Under the pieces are notes generated by a model. That model saw only the letters and a program-made list of their open reading frames with translations. It was not told where the DNA came from and ran no database searches. Below, piece after piece: positions 23,955-32,000 of a stretch of 32,000 bases of DNA (its first letter is position 1; every line of letters starts with the position of its first letter). The DNA lies in assembly GCF_000284115.1 (NCBI RefSeq), contig NC_017080.1, positions 1,650,001 through 1,682,000 on the forward strand, read 5' to 3'. Made by a program: the position numbers and the translations under genes. Source of the stretch: Phycisphaera mikurensis NBRC 102666. GTDB taxonomy: Bacteria > Planctomycetota > Phycisphaerae > Phycisphaerales > Phycisphaeraceae.

Positions 23955-24530
23955 GTGGCCGATCCTCCCCCGCCCACGCACGCGCCCCCGCCCCGCGGCG
24001 TCGTGCTGATCGGCTACCGCGGCAGCGGCAAGAGCACGGTCGGCGAAGCCCTCGCCGAGCGGCTCGGCCGCCCCTTCATCGACACGGATGCCGACGTGCG
24101 GGCACGCTTCGGCGGCCGCGACGCGGCCGAGGTCTTCGCGGACCCGAGCCTCGGGGAGAAGGGCTTCCGGGAGGTCGAGGCCGCGGCGGTCGCGGAGGCG
24201 ATGGCCGGGGCCGCGGCGGGCGCCGTTGTCGCCACCGGCGGCGGGGCGGTGACCGAGTCGGCCGCCGGCCGCGCCGCGGTCACCGCCTGCCCCGCCCTGT
24301 GCGTCTACCTGCACGCGGAGGCCGCCGTGCTGGCGGCGCGCATCTCCGCCGACCCGCACAACCGCCGCCCCGGCCTCTCCGCCGCCGACGCCGACCCCGC
24401 GGCCGAGGTCGCGGAGCTGCTCAAGCGGCGCGAGCCGATCTACCGGGCGGTCGCGGACGAGACCGTCGGCGTGGCCGACCTGACGCCCGCGGAGGCCGTC
24501 GACGCCGTGGTGGCCCTCCTGCCGCGCTGA
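23955..24530 (+). CDS. aroK: Shikimate kinase
   Basis: 191 aa, GTG start. P-loop LIGYRGSGKSTVG followed by FIDTD and the GGG(A)V block. The start could be a few codons off. Confidence 0.8.
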   Translation: MADPPPPTHAPPPRGVVLIGYRGSGKSTVGEALAERLGRPFIDTDADVRARFGGRDAAEVFADPSLGEKGFREVEAAAVAEAMAGAAAGAVVATGGGAVTESAAGRAAVTACPALCVYLHAEAAVLAARISADPHNRRPGLSAADADPAAEVAELLKRREPIYRAVADETVGVADLTPAEAVDAVVALLPR

Positions 24531-24714
24531 AGCGACCGCCACGACTCCGCGGACGCGGGCCCGGCCGCGCACGGCCCGGAGGGAGCCCCGGCGTTCGAGC
24601 GGAGCCAGGTGGCGGTGCCACGCCCCCCAGGGCTCAGCGCCCTCGCCATGCCTCGAGGCGACCCGTTTCCACGGTCCGGGCGAGCGATCGCGCGAGCGGC
24701 TCGCCGGAAGGGCC

Positions 24715-27135
24715 TCAGCTGCGCCGCTTGCGGCGCTTCCTCCGGCCGCCGTGGCCCTCCGCCTCGCCGTCCCCGCGGCCGCGGTCGCCGGAGCTGCGTC
24801 GGCGGCCGTCGCCGCGCCCGCGTTCCTGCCCGCCCGCCCCTCCCTTGGCCCGGGGCAGCACGTCGCTCCCGGGGAAGACGATGGCCAGGTCCATCTGCCG
24901 CGTCACGGTGTTGACACCCGCGATGCGGACGGTGAAGCGGTCGCCGATGGCGATCGTCTTGCCGGAGCGGTCGGCAACGAGCTGGCCGGTGTTGCGGTTG
25001 AGCTTCCAGAAGTCGCCGATGGCCGAGGGCAGGTCGCTGATCTTGACGAAGCCGTCGACGAGGAAGCGGTTGAGCTGGATGAAGCAGCCCTGCCCGACGA
25101 CCCCGGTGACGGTGCCGTCGAAGTCCTCGCCCAGCCGCCCGGACAGCATCTCCAGCACCATGTAGTTGCGCAGCTCTCGCTCGGCCAGCGCGGAGTTGCG
25201 CTCGGTGGTGCCGCAGTGCTGGCCGATCTCGACGAGCTCTTCGTGATCGGGCACGGCCTTGTGCTTGGCCAAGCCGTTGCGGATCGCCTTGATGCGGGTC
25301 TTGCCCTTGGCCTTGAGCTTCGCGTCGACCTCCAGGTACGCGTCGATCCCGCGGTGGACGATCAGGTCGGGGTAGCGGCGGATCGGGCTGGTGAAGTGCG
25401 TGTAGTCCTCGGCGGCGAGGGCGAAGTGGCCGATCAACGCCGGCGAATACTCCGCCTTCATCATCGTCTTGAGCACGGCGAAGTGCACCGCCTGCTGCGC
25501 CGGCTTGCCGCGGACCGCCTCGAGCAGCTGCTGGAGCTGGTGGCGATCGGGCTTGTCGGGGATGTTCATCCCGGCGACGCGGCTGTAGCTCTGCAGGTTG
25601 CTCGTGTCGAGGCTGTCCGGCTCGGGGTGCGTCCGGCGGAGCATCGGGACGTCGACCTTGGCGAACAGCCGGGCGGCGGCCTCGTTGGCCTCCACCATGA
25701 ACATCTCAATGATCTTGTGCGTGTACGCGTCGTCTTCGGGGGCGGCGTCCACGACCCGTCCCTCCTCGTCGTAGATCAAGCCGACCTCGGGGAGGCCGAG
25801 CACGATCATGCCCTGCGCCATGCGGCGGGCGCGGATCACCCGCGCCAGCTCGTTCATGTCCTTGCAGCTCTGGATCAGCTTCTTGGGGTACTTCGCCACG
25901 CCGCCGGAGTCGGTCCTGCAGTGCTTGCGGGCCTCCTTCACGTCGCCGTCGATCAGGGCCTGCGCCTCCAGGTACGTCATCCGCTGGCTGGAGCGGATGA
26001 CGCTCTTGGTGAAGCGGTCGGAGACGACCTCGCCCTCTTCGGTCAGGCGAACGAACACCGTCTTGGCGTAGCGGTCGACGTTGGGCTGCAGGCTGCAGAC
26101 GCCGTTGGAGAGCACCTCGGGCAGCATCGGCACGACCTTCTTGGGCAGGTAGGTCGAGTTGCCGCGGGCGTAGGCCTCCTTCTCCAACGCCGAGCCGGGG
26201 GTGACGAAGGCGGCGACGTCGGCGATGTGGACGCCGAGTTCCCAGCTCGCGCCGTCGTCTTCCTTGGAGGCGTCGAGCCGCTCCAGCGAGATCGCGTCGT
26301 CGTAGTCCTTCGCGTCCGGCGGGTCGATGGTCGTGATGAAGAGCTTGCGGAGGTCGGCCCGGTCCTTGGGCAGCTTCTTCACGTCCATCTTGCCGGCGGC
26401 GTCGCGGGCCTCCTGCATGACGTCCTCGGGGAAGTCGCCGGCGAGCCCGAAGGCGGCCATGACGGCGGCGGTCTCCACGTGGGGCAGCCCGGCCTCGCCG
26501 AGCACCTCGGTGATGACGCCCTCGGGCAGGTCGTCCTCGCCGGGTTCGGGGAACCGGACGATCTCGACCACCACCTTGTCGCCCGCTCTGGCGCCGGCGG
26601 AGCCGGCGTCGAGGATGCGGATCGGGTCTTCGAGCAGCCGGCCGTCCACGATGACGCGGTACTTCATCCCGTCGCCGACCTTCTTGCTCTCCAGCACGCC
26701 GGCGTAGCGGCGGTCGGCCCGCTCGGTGATCTCCTGGATCTTCGCGATGAAGGGGCTCTTGCCGGGGGCGGCGCGGCCCTCCTCCTTCACCACCTCGGCC
26801 CGCACGCGGTCGCCGGTCATGGCGTTGCCGATGAACGGCGGCGGCACGAAGAGGTCGCCGTGGGCCACCGGCACGTCGGGGATCAGGAAGCCGAAGCCGT
26901 TGGGGTGGCGGCGGAGCACGCCCTCGATCTCGGCGCCGGGCGTCGGGAGCGAGATCGTCCGGCCGTCGTCCCGGACGATGCGTCCGGCTTCCACCAGCTC
27001 GTCCAGAGCGGTCTCGAAGGCGGAGCGGTCTTTGGGATCGACGCCGAGGGACTCGGCGATGGCGTCGGCGTCGGCGGGTTCGTAACGCTTGTCGGCGACG
27101 AGCGTGAGGATGCGGGAGCGGAATCGGGAAGGCAT
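24715..27135 (-). CDS. rnr: Ribonuclease R
   Basis: 806 aa from the internal ATG (MPSRFRSRIL). N-terminal winged-helix/CSD region, an RNB catalytic domain (ITIDPPDAKDYDDAISL, HFALAAEDYTHFTSPIRRYPDLIVHR), an S1 domain, and an Arg/Gly-rich basic tail. Confidence 0.9.
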   Translation of the reverse strand: MPSRFRSRILTLVADKRYEPADADAIAESLGVDPKDRSAFETALDELVEAGRIVRDDGRTISLPTPGAEIEGVLRRHPNGFGFLIPDVPVAHGDLFVPPPFIGNAMTGDRVRAEVVKEEGRAAPGKSPFIAKIQEITERADRRYAGVLESKKVGDGMKYRVIVDGRLLEDPIRILDAGSAGARAGDKVVVEIVRFPEPGEDDLPEGVITEVLGEAGLPHVETAAVMAAFGLAGDFPEDVMQEARDAAGKMDVKKLPKDRADLRKLFITTIDPPDAKDYDDAISLERLDASKEDDGASWELGVHIADVAAFVTPGSALEKEAYARGNSTYLPKKVVPMLPEVLSNGVCSLQPNVDRYAKTVFVRLTEEGEVVSDRFTKSVIRSSQRMTYLEAQALIDGDVKEARKHCRTDSGGVAKYPKKLIQSCKDMNELARVIRARRMAQGMIVLGLPEVGLIYDEEGRVVDAAPEDDAYTHKIIEMFMVEANEAAARLFAKVDVPMLRRTHPEPDSLDTSNLQSYSRVAGMNIPDKPDRHQLQQLLEAVRGKPAQQAVHFAVLKTMMKAEYSPALIGHFALAAEDYTHFTSPIRRYPDLIVHRGIDAYLEVDAKLKAKGKTRIKAIRNGLAKHKAVPDHEELVEIGQHCGTTERNSALAERELRNYMVLEMLSGRLGEDFDGTVTGVVGQGCFIQLNRFLVDGFVKISDLPSAIGDFWKLNRNTGQLVADRSGKTIAIGDRFTVRIAGVNTVTRQMDLAIVFPGSDVLPRAKGGAGGQERGRGDGRRRSSGDRGRGDGEAEGHGGRRKRRKRRS

Positions 27136-27438
27136 GGGGTGGATTGGATCCGGGGTGGCGTCCCTTTTTCTCGCGGGACGGGCTCGTCTGCGAACCGGCC
27201 GCCCGCGTCGGGGGCCGGCGGGCGTCGCCCCGGACCAAGCAGCCGCCAAACACACGCGGCGGGGTCCGGGTGTCGCCCGGCGAAACCCGGGGACGCCTCC
27301 TTTGGAAGGAGAGAGGGTAGAGCGTGCGTCGCGCCGGCGTCGGGGGCGGTTGCTTACGCTCCCTGGCGATGCGCGGCGCGGCCGCGCTTGAACCGGCGGC
27401 CTCCCGCCATCCACAAGCCCGATCCTTCCGAGCCCGAC

Positions 27439-27825
27439 ATGTCCGACAAGCAAGCCATCCTCGACGCCGCCACCGAAGTCGGCAAGCTGCTCAAGGGCTC
27501 CGACGCCGTCGAGCGTCTCAACGCCGCCGCCAAGGCCTTCCGCGACGACGTGACGGCGCAGCGGACGGTCGTGGACTTCAACCGCTTCCTGCAGACGCTC
27601 GCCCAGAAGGAGAGCCAGGGCCAGCCCATCGAGGTCGAGGACAAGCGCAAGCTCACCGAGCTGCAGGACAAGGTCGCCAGCGACCCGCAGCTGCGGAACA
27701 TGCAGAAGGCGCAGATGGACTACGTCGACCTGCTCCGCGCGGTCGATCAGGCGATCCAGGCCCAGACCGGCGTGGACGACGCCACCGCGGGCGCCGGCGG
27801 CGGCGGGAACCCCTTCGGCGGGTGA
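27439..27825 (+). CDS. YlbF/YmcA-family protein
   Basis: 128 aa, all-helical. AAKAFRDD...FNRFLQTLAQKESQGQPIEVEDKRKLTELQDKVASDPQLRNMQKAQMDYVDLL matches the YlbF/YheA layout. Gly-rich tail. Confidence 0.55.
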   Translation: MSDKQAILDAATEVGKLLKGSDAVERLNAAAKAFRDDVTAQRTVVDFNRFLQTLAQKESQGQPIEVEDKRKLTELQDKVASDPQLRNMQKAQMDYVDLLRAVDQAIQAQTGVDDATAGAGGGGNPFGG

Positions 27826-27857
27826 GCCCGGCCGGGCGCGGCGGCCGCCCCGGCCGC

Positions 27858-29060
27858 TCAGCCGGCGTCGCCGGGCACCACCGGGTCGGGCACGGCCAGC
27901 GACTCGGCGGAGATGCCGGTGTTGCTGCCGCCGAGGGCCTCGATCCAGGCGTCGGCGGTGGCCGAGACGGAGCCGAAGTCGCCGCTTTCCACGGCCGTGT
28001 CGATCCGGCCGGGCAGCGCGGAGGCCGGCACGCCCAGCTGGGAGGTCGAGAGCTCGCGGAGGATGTTCTCGCTCTGCGTGACCAGCTGCCGCGCCGTCGG
28101 CACCTCCGCGGCGGGCAGCGCCGACGCGGCCAGCTGGCTGCTGACGAGCTTCAAGTACCGGGCGGAGGCGCGGCAGAGCCCCGCCGCGTCGGCGCGGGCG
28201 AAGCTGCCGAGGTTCCGCAGGAAGAGGTCGCTCATCGCGGCGAGCTCGGGCAGGTAGCCCGCGCCGGGGTTGGCGGCGTGCACCTCGACGCGGCGGTTGA
28301 GCAGGTCGATCACGCGGGTCCGCCCGGCGTCGCCGGCGAGCTGCTGCACCCCGGGCAGCAGCTTGCCGACCACGAAGGCGTCCGGCTCGCCCGAGGCGGC
28401 CTCGGCGAGCGTGTCCAGCAACGCCCCCCGGTCCTGTTCGCCCAGCTGGAGGCCGTCGCCGCCGGCGCGAAGCAGGTCGAGGATCACCTTGGCGGCGGTG
28501 AAGCGGACGGCCGCGTCGTCGGTCTGCAGCGCCGGGCGGATGACCGGCAGCGCCTCGCGGATCGGCGCCGTCCGCAGCAGGAGCAGCGCGTTGACCCGCT
28601 GCACCGTCGGCGTGTCCTGCGGCAGCGCGTTGATCCGCTGCGCCAGCTCGCGGCCGTACTGCTGGACGAAGCTCGGCGTCGCACCCACCGCCGTCAGCGG
28701 CGCGGTGAGCCGCTGGCGGGCCTCCGCGAGCGCCTCCACGTCGTCCGCGGAAGTCAGCGCTTCGAGGCCGGCATCCACGAAGGAGCGGACGCCGGCGACC
28801 TGGGCCTCGGAGAGCCGGCCGTCGACGCGGACGATCGCCTCCGGCAGGCTCTGCTGGGCGGCGGCCCCCGGAGCCAGGGGCAGAGCCAGAGCCAGAGCCA
28901 GGACACAGCCGGGGCCGGCGGCGTGGGCGTGGCGGGAGGGGCGGGTCGATCGTGGATCGGGTCGGGACAAGGGAACCTCTTCGTCTGCTTCGGCTGGGGA
29001 GGGGGACACGCCCCGGGGGCGCAAGAGCCCCCGGGATCGGGGCCGCGTCGGGAGGATCAT
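27858..29060 (-). CDS. Secreted helical-repeat (HEAT/ARM-like) protein, hypothetical
   Basis: 400 aa. Hydrophobic signal-like segment CVLALALALPLAPGAAAQQ after a long basic N-region, then Leu/Ala-rich helices. The ATG overlaps the upstream GT9 stop (ATGA at 29057-29060). An alternative in-frame TTG start is possible. Confidence 0.45.
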   Translation of the reverse strand: MILPTRPRSRGLLRPRGVSPSPAEADEEVPLSRPDPRSTRPSRHAHAAGPGCVLALALALPLAPGAAAQQSLPEAIVRVDGRLSEAQVAGVRSFVDAGLEALTSADDVEALAEARQRLTAPLTAVGATPSFVQQYGRELAQRINALPQDTPTVQRVNALLLLRTAPIREALPVIRPALQTDDAAVRFTAAKVILDLLRAGGDGLQLGEQDRGALLDTLAEAASGEPDAFVVGKLLPGVQQLAGDAGRTRVIDLLNRRVEVHAANPGAGYLPELAAMSDLFLRNLGSFARADAAGLCRASARYLKLVSSQLAASALPAAEVPTARQLVTQSENILRELSTSQLGVPASALPGRIDTAVESGDFGSVSATADAWIEALGGSNTGISAESLAVPDPVVPGDAG

Positions 29061-30202
29061 GCCACGATCGGTGCCGACGCGTCGGGGCGAGCCGGGTCGG
29101 AGGCGTCGACGTGGCGCAGCATCCGCGTCACGGCCGCCTCGACGACCTCCGAGGGGATCCGCCGCATGTGCCGGTCGTCGTCGCCGAGGTGGCGGTAGGC
29201 GGTGGCCGCGGGGGGGGGCTCGCAGCGGATCACGGCGTGCGTCGCGGCGGGCCGGCCCCCGCGGAAGGGCCCGACCGCCGCGGGGTCGGTGGGCCCGAAC
29301 AAGCTGACCGTGGGCACGCCCAGGCCCACCGCGAGGTGGAGGCCGGCGCTGTCGTTGCCGAGGAAGCCCCGGGCCGCTTGCAGGTGGGCCATGAGCACGC
29401 CGACGCCAGCCGGCGCGACCGCGGCGACGGGCGCGGCGGGCCCGGCTCCTGCGCCGCGGACCGCCGCCTCGAACTCCGATTTCGCCTCACGGTCCGCGGG
29501 TCCGAAGAGGGCGAGCACCGGGCGACCGGCCGCGGCGACCGACCGGGCCAACGCGGCGAAGCGTTCCAGCGGCCACCGCTTGCACCCCCAGCGGGCGGTG
29601 GGGGCGAGCGCGAGGAAGCCGCCGCCGACGCCGGCCGCGGCCCGTGCCGCCGCCGCGGCGTCCCGGTCGGCCCGGGCCGTGTACAGCCGCAGGTCGGCCA
29701 CCGGCTCGATCCCGCAGGCCTGCAGCAGCGTCAGCAACCGGTCGACCGCGTGCTCCCGCGGCGGGATCCGCACCCGCCGGTTCGCCCCGACCCAGGAGCC
29801 CTCGCGGGCGGCGCGGTCGGCGACGCGCACACAGGCACCGCTGGCCGCCATGAGCAAGCCGGTGCGGGCGAGGCCCTGCAGGTCGATCGCGAGGTCGTAG
29901 CGCCTCCGCCGCAGGTCCGCGAGCAGCCCCGGCACGGAGCGTCTCCGGTGGCGATCGAAGGGGATCGCCGCGTGCAGGCCGGGGTGCTGCGCGATGGCCG
30001 GGGCAAAGGGCCGATTGACGAGCCAATCGATCCGAGCCCTCGGGAAGGCCCGCGTGAGCGAGGCCACCGCGGGCACCGTCCGCGCGACGTCGCCCAGCGC
30101 CGAGGGACGCAGGATCAACACCCGCTGCGGCGGTTCCCGCAGGCGCAGCCGCTGGAGGGCCGACGCGTCGGCGGGACCGGGCTCGGGGGACGAATCGGGC
30201 AA
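29057..30202 (-). CDS. Glycosyltransferase family 9 (heptosyltransferase-like)
   Basis: VLILRPSALGDVARTVPA..., LQGLARTG..., GNDSAGLHLAVGLGVPTVSLFGPTDP are GT9 hallmarks. The longest ORF uses TTG at 30202. A GTG at 30121 (giving MLILRPSALGD) is an equally plausible start. Confidence 0.75.
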   Translation of the reverse strand: MPDSSPEPGPADASALQRLRLREPPQRVLILRPSALGDVARTVPAVASLTRAFPRARIDWLVNRPFAPAIAQHPGLHAAIPFDRHRRRSVPGLLADLRRRRYDLAIDLQGLARTGLLMAASGACVRVADRAAREGSWVGANRRVRIPPREHAVDRLLTLLQACGIEPVADLRLYTARADRDAAAAARAAAGVGGGFLALAPTARWGCKRWPLERFAALARSVAAAGRPVLALFGPADREAKSEFEAAVRGAGAGPAAPVAAVAPAGVGVLMAHLQAARGFLGNDSAGLHLAVGLGVPTVSLFGPTDPAAVGPFRGGRPAATHAVIRCEPPPAATAYRHLGDDDRHMRRIPSEVVEAAVTRMLRHVDASDPARPDASAPIVA

Positions 30203-30321
30203 CGGGCAGCGGCGGCGGGCGGCGTCGCCGGGAACCCGGCGGAGCGGGCCAAGTTAGGTTGCTCCGGCGGGAGCGACCCGCCGCCCGCGTGCGGGCGCCG
30301 CCCTACGCCCGAGAAGCGCCC

Positions 30322-31113
30322 ATGCCCACCGCGGTCATCTCCGACATCCACGGCAACATCGACGCCCTCGACGTCGTGCTCGCCGACATCGACCGCCGGA
30401 AGATCGAGCGGGTCCTCTGCCTCGGCGACATCATCGGCTACGGCCCCGACCCGGTGGCCTGCCTGGACCGGGTGATGGAGCGATGCGCCTTCGCGATGAT
30501 GGGCAACCACGACTTCGCGGTGCTCTTCGAGCCCACCAGCTTCAACACCTCCGCCGAGCAGGCCGCGTTCTGGACGCGTCGGCAATTCGAGGCCGAGCCC
30601 GACCCCGAGCTGCGTCGGAAGCGGTGGGAGTACCTGGGCAACCTCTCGATCCGCCGCTGGGAGAACGGCACGATGCTCGTGCACGCCAGCCCGCGCCGGC
30701 CGATCAACGAGTACGTCTTCCCCGACGACGTCCTGACCGCGCCGGGCAAGATGGAGCAGATCTTCAGCCGATTCGAGACCCGCTGCTTCTGCGGGCACAC
30801 GCACGTCACGGGGGTCTTCACCGACGAGCCCGACTTCTACCCGCCCGCCGACCTCGGCGGCCCGTACCTCTTCCACGACGAGGAGAAGTGCATCGTCAAC
30901 CCCGGCAGCGTCGGCCAGCCCCGCGACCGCGACCCGCGGTCGAGCTACGCGATCGTCTACGACGACGGCGAGGCCGGCGACGACGGCAAGGGCGGCCCCG
31001 CCCGCGTCGAGTTCGTCCGGCTCGAATACGACGTGCAGGCGGTGGTGGAGAAGGTCGAGCAGGTCGCGGACCTTTCGGACTTCCTTGGGCAGCGGCTGCT
31101 GGAGGGGCGGTGA
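30322..31113 (+). CDS. Metallophosphoesterase (calcineurin-like, YfcE/ApaH-related fold)
   Basis: 263 aa from the ATG at 30322. ISDIHGN, LGDIIGYGPDP, GNHD, GHTH and NPGSVGQPRD metal-ligand blocks. Confidence 0.8.
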   Translation: MPTAVISDIHGNIDALDVVLADIDRRKIERVLCLGDIIGYGPDPVACLDRVMERCAFAMMGNHDFAVLFEPTSFNTSAEQAAFWTRRQFEAEPDPELRRKRWEYLGNLSIRRWENGTMLVHASPRRPINEYVFPDDVLTAPGKMEQIFSRFETRCFCGHTHVTGVFTDEPDFYPPADLGGPYLFHDEEKCIVNPGSVGQPRDRDPRSSYAIVYDDGEAGDDGKGGPARVEFVRLEYDVQAVVEKVEQVADLSDFLGQRLLEGR

Positions 31114-31273
31114 AGGAGCGGGGAAGTGGAGGAGCGGGGAAGCGGGGAAGCGAAGAAGCGAAGAAGTGAGGAAGCGAAGAAGCGAAGAAGTGGAGGAGCG
31201 GGGAAGTGGGGAAGCGGGGAAGTGGGGAAGTGGAGGAGTGGGGGGCGGGGCGGCGGGGGGCGGTTGATGGGGG
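31113..31273. repeat. 8-nt-periodic polypurine array (RRGRAGYG, about 16 units) followed by a G-run tract
   Basis: In-phase octamers from 31113 (AAGGAGCG, GGGAAGTG, GAGGAGCG, GGGAAGCG x2, AAGAAGCG, AAGAAGTG ...) to 31240. G6, G4, G6 and G5 runs span 31240-31273. The array starts at the last base of the phosphoesterase stop codon. Confidence 0.95.
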
Positions 31274-31395
31274 CGGCGGTGGCGGGTCGGTAGGTTGCGG
31301 ACGCGGCCGCGTGTTGTTGAGTTCGGAGACGGTCCGACGCGGCTTCTGTCTTTTCCGGGTCCGTCGCCCGCGGAGCGGGCAGCCCTTTTCGAGCC

Positions 31396-31842
31396 ATGCG
31401 CACCGACTTCTCCTGCGGCATCATCCCGGTGATCCACGACGGCACCTTCCGCCGCTACCTGCTGGTGCGTCACGCCGCGGGGCACTGGTCCTTTCCCAAA
31501 GGTCACCCGGAGGTGGGCGAGAGCGACCTCGCGGCGGCGCTGCGTGAGCTGGCCGAGGAAACCGGCGTCGCCGGCGTCGACGTGCTGCCCGAGCCGGTCT
31601 TCCCGGAGACGTACGCCTTCACCAAGCGCTCCGGCAGGACCGTGCACAAGCGCGTCAACTACTTCTTGGCCCGCGTGGAGCCCGGCGCCACCGTGCGGCT
31701 CCAGGCCGAGGAGGTGAGCGACCACGCCTGGGGCCGGTGCGGCGACACATCGCGGCGGATGACCTTCGGCGAGGGCCGGAAGCTCCTGCGGGCGGCCGAC
31801 GCGTTCATCGGACGCGGCGGCGCGGCTTCCATCGGCTTGTGA
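31396..31842 (+). CDS. NUDIX hydrolase
   Basis: 148 aa. Nudix box GHWSFPKGHPEVGESDLAAALRELAEETGV (G-x5-E-x7-R-E-x2-E-E-x-G). Confidence 0.85.
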   Translation: MRTDFSCGIIPVIHDGTFRRYLLVRHAAGHWSFPKGHPEVGESDLAAALRELAEETGVAGVDVLPEPVFPETYAFTKRSGRTVHKRVNYFLARVEPGATVRLQAEEVSDHAWGRCGDTSRRMTFGEGRKLLRAADAFIGRGGAASIGL

Positions 31843-32000
31843 CCCGCCGCCGCCGCGGACGGTCGCTGCGGACGCACCGCCGGCCGGCCCGTCCGCGGCG
31901 TCGACGCGGCGGGGCGGCGGTGCGCCGGCTCGACGGTGGCGGTTGCATGCCGGGGAGGTGGATGCGTCACTGGATCGACGGCCGCGGGGCGAGCCCCCCG

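Noticed and set aside
24751-27825. The 1024-aa plus-strand ORF antisense to rnr, and the 106-codon N-terminal extension of rnr (27136..27453)
   Set aside because: The antisense translation is low complexity, and only its last 128 codons (the YlbF-like gene) are credible. The rnr extension is Arg/Pro-rich with no homology, and MPSRFRSRIL is a typical RNase R N-terminus.
28871-28890. GCCAGA hexamer repeat, and the 9-nt GGCTCCACC repeat at 20084-20105, as contingency loci
   Set aside because: Both are short (3 and 2-3 units), in frame, and simply encode ALALAL and EPVEPV stretches inside ORFs. There is no evidence for phase variation.
30957-31445. Repeat-encoded ORFs across the purine array (31085..31267 plus, 30957..31445 minus, 31206..31547 plus), and similar ORFs at 21300-21440
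   Set aside because: An 8-nt period is not a multiple of three. The periodic peptides (e.g. GEAGKRRSEE) are by-products of the DNA repeat, and the ORFs overlap well-supported genes or have no start context.
31843-32000. Possible gene at the 3' edge, or ORF 31659..31970 on the minus strand
   Set aside because: The minus-strand ORF overlaps the NUDIX gene antisense with low-complexity translation. The remaining 150 bp are too short to call anything.

Overview
Very GC-rich (by eye above 70%) bacterial chromosomal window made up mostly of housekeeping genes. A Planctomycetota/Phycisphaerae-like origin is only a guess from composition and gene content. Supported features: 27 CDSs, 2 tRNAs, 2 promoter-like sites, 3 terminator-type hairpins and several repeats. 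CDSs in order are a secretin C-terminus and a TolB-like lipoprotein; an FAH-fold protein coupled to tyrS; a DCC-family thiol oxidoreductase; gnd; rpsI-rplM; a dipeptide epimerase; a fused CcsBA system II cytochrome c synthase with a coupled upstream lipoprotein; crcB; a PpiD/SurA-like chaperone; thiG-thiS; a SAM methyltransferase; two coupled membrane helical-repeat proteins; folA; polX; a DUF721/DciA-like protein; aroK; rnr; a YlbF-like protein; a secreted helical protein coupled to a GT9 glycosyltransferase; a metallophosphoesterase; and a NUDIX hydrolase. No defence system, mobile-element gene or CRISPR array is visible. The unusual content is all non-coding. (1) Six 74/75-bp tandem units, each made of two perfect palindromes, are fused directly to the 3' end of tRNA-Pro inside an ORF-free 800-bp spacer between tRNA-Pro and tRNA-Gly. 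(2) A ~110-bp element with 20-24-bp terminal inverted repeats occurs twice, plus a possible remnant, always between convergent genes. (3) Two strictly 8-nt-periodic polypyrimidine/polypurine arrays lie in opposite polarity. One consists of six tandem copies of the anti-Shine-Dalgarno octamer just upstream of polX. The other lies between the phosphoesterase and NUDIX genes. Both abut G-quadruplex/i-motif-type tracts. Many long alternative-frame ORFs in the track are high-GC artefacts and were rejected.
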